DNA of 64,000 bases from Octopus vulgaris. Its lineage: Eukaryota. The stretch is taken from the NCBI GenBank assembly GCA_951406725.2, contig OX597825.1, positions 63,116,001 through 63,180,000 of the forward strand, read 5' to 3'. Below, in pieces: positions 63,896 through 64,000 of this stretch (position 1 is the first letter of the stretch; every line of letters starts with the position of its first letter). A program made the translations under genes and the position numbers. The notes under the pieces were generated by a model. That model saw nothing but the letters and a program-made list of their open reading frames with translations, was not told the origin of the DNA and made no database searches.

Positions 63896-64000
63896 GCATT
63901 TTGCTAAATAATTTTTACTTTCAGAGTTCAAATCTCAGCAAGATCAATTTTTGCTTTTTACCCTTCTAGAGCAGGTATAGACAATTAAATTGACTCCAGT

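Overview
AT-rich, microsatellite-dense eukaryotic DNA, most likely an octopus (cephalopod) intergenic or large-intron region. The organism is inferred from the tRNA-derived SINE families, not verified. No recognisable host protein-coding gene was found: nearly all ORFs in the supplied track are translations of microsatellites or SINEs. The window is mostly mobile DNA. It holds about 16 copies of a CORE-type SINE (family A), about 25 copies of a second tRNA-derived SINE (family B), an RTE-type non-autonomous family with 65-bp tandem monomers, several decayed R4/Dong-type LINE fragments (all on the minus strand), a Penelope-like element (PLE) with a GIY-YIG remnant, an RTE 3' end, hAT (hATm-like) and mariner remnants, pogo-, piggyBac- and Harbinger-type MITEs and a non-autonomous Helitron. 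Three signals stand out. (1) About 9 minimal hammerhead-ribozyme-like cores lie in PLE-type terminal modules; one module is fused behind a tRNA-like Pol III head, making it a candidate PLE-mobilised ribozyme SINE. (2) Asymmetric fold-backs are present, two of which start at the predicted ribozyme cleavage site. (3) A local hotspot at 29.4-33.9 kb has unique neighbouring DNA copied into new positions, including into a piggyBac MITE. All calls were made by eye; no database searches or folding programs were run, and boundaries are approximate.
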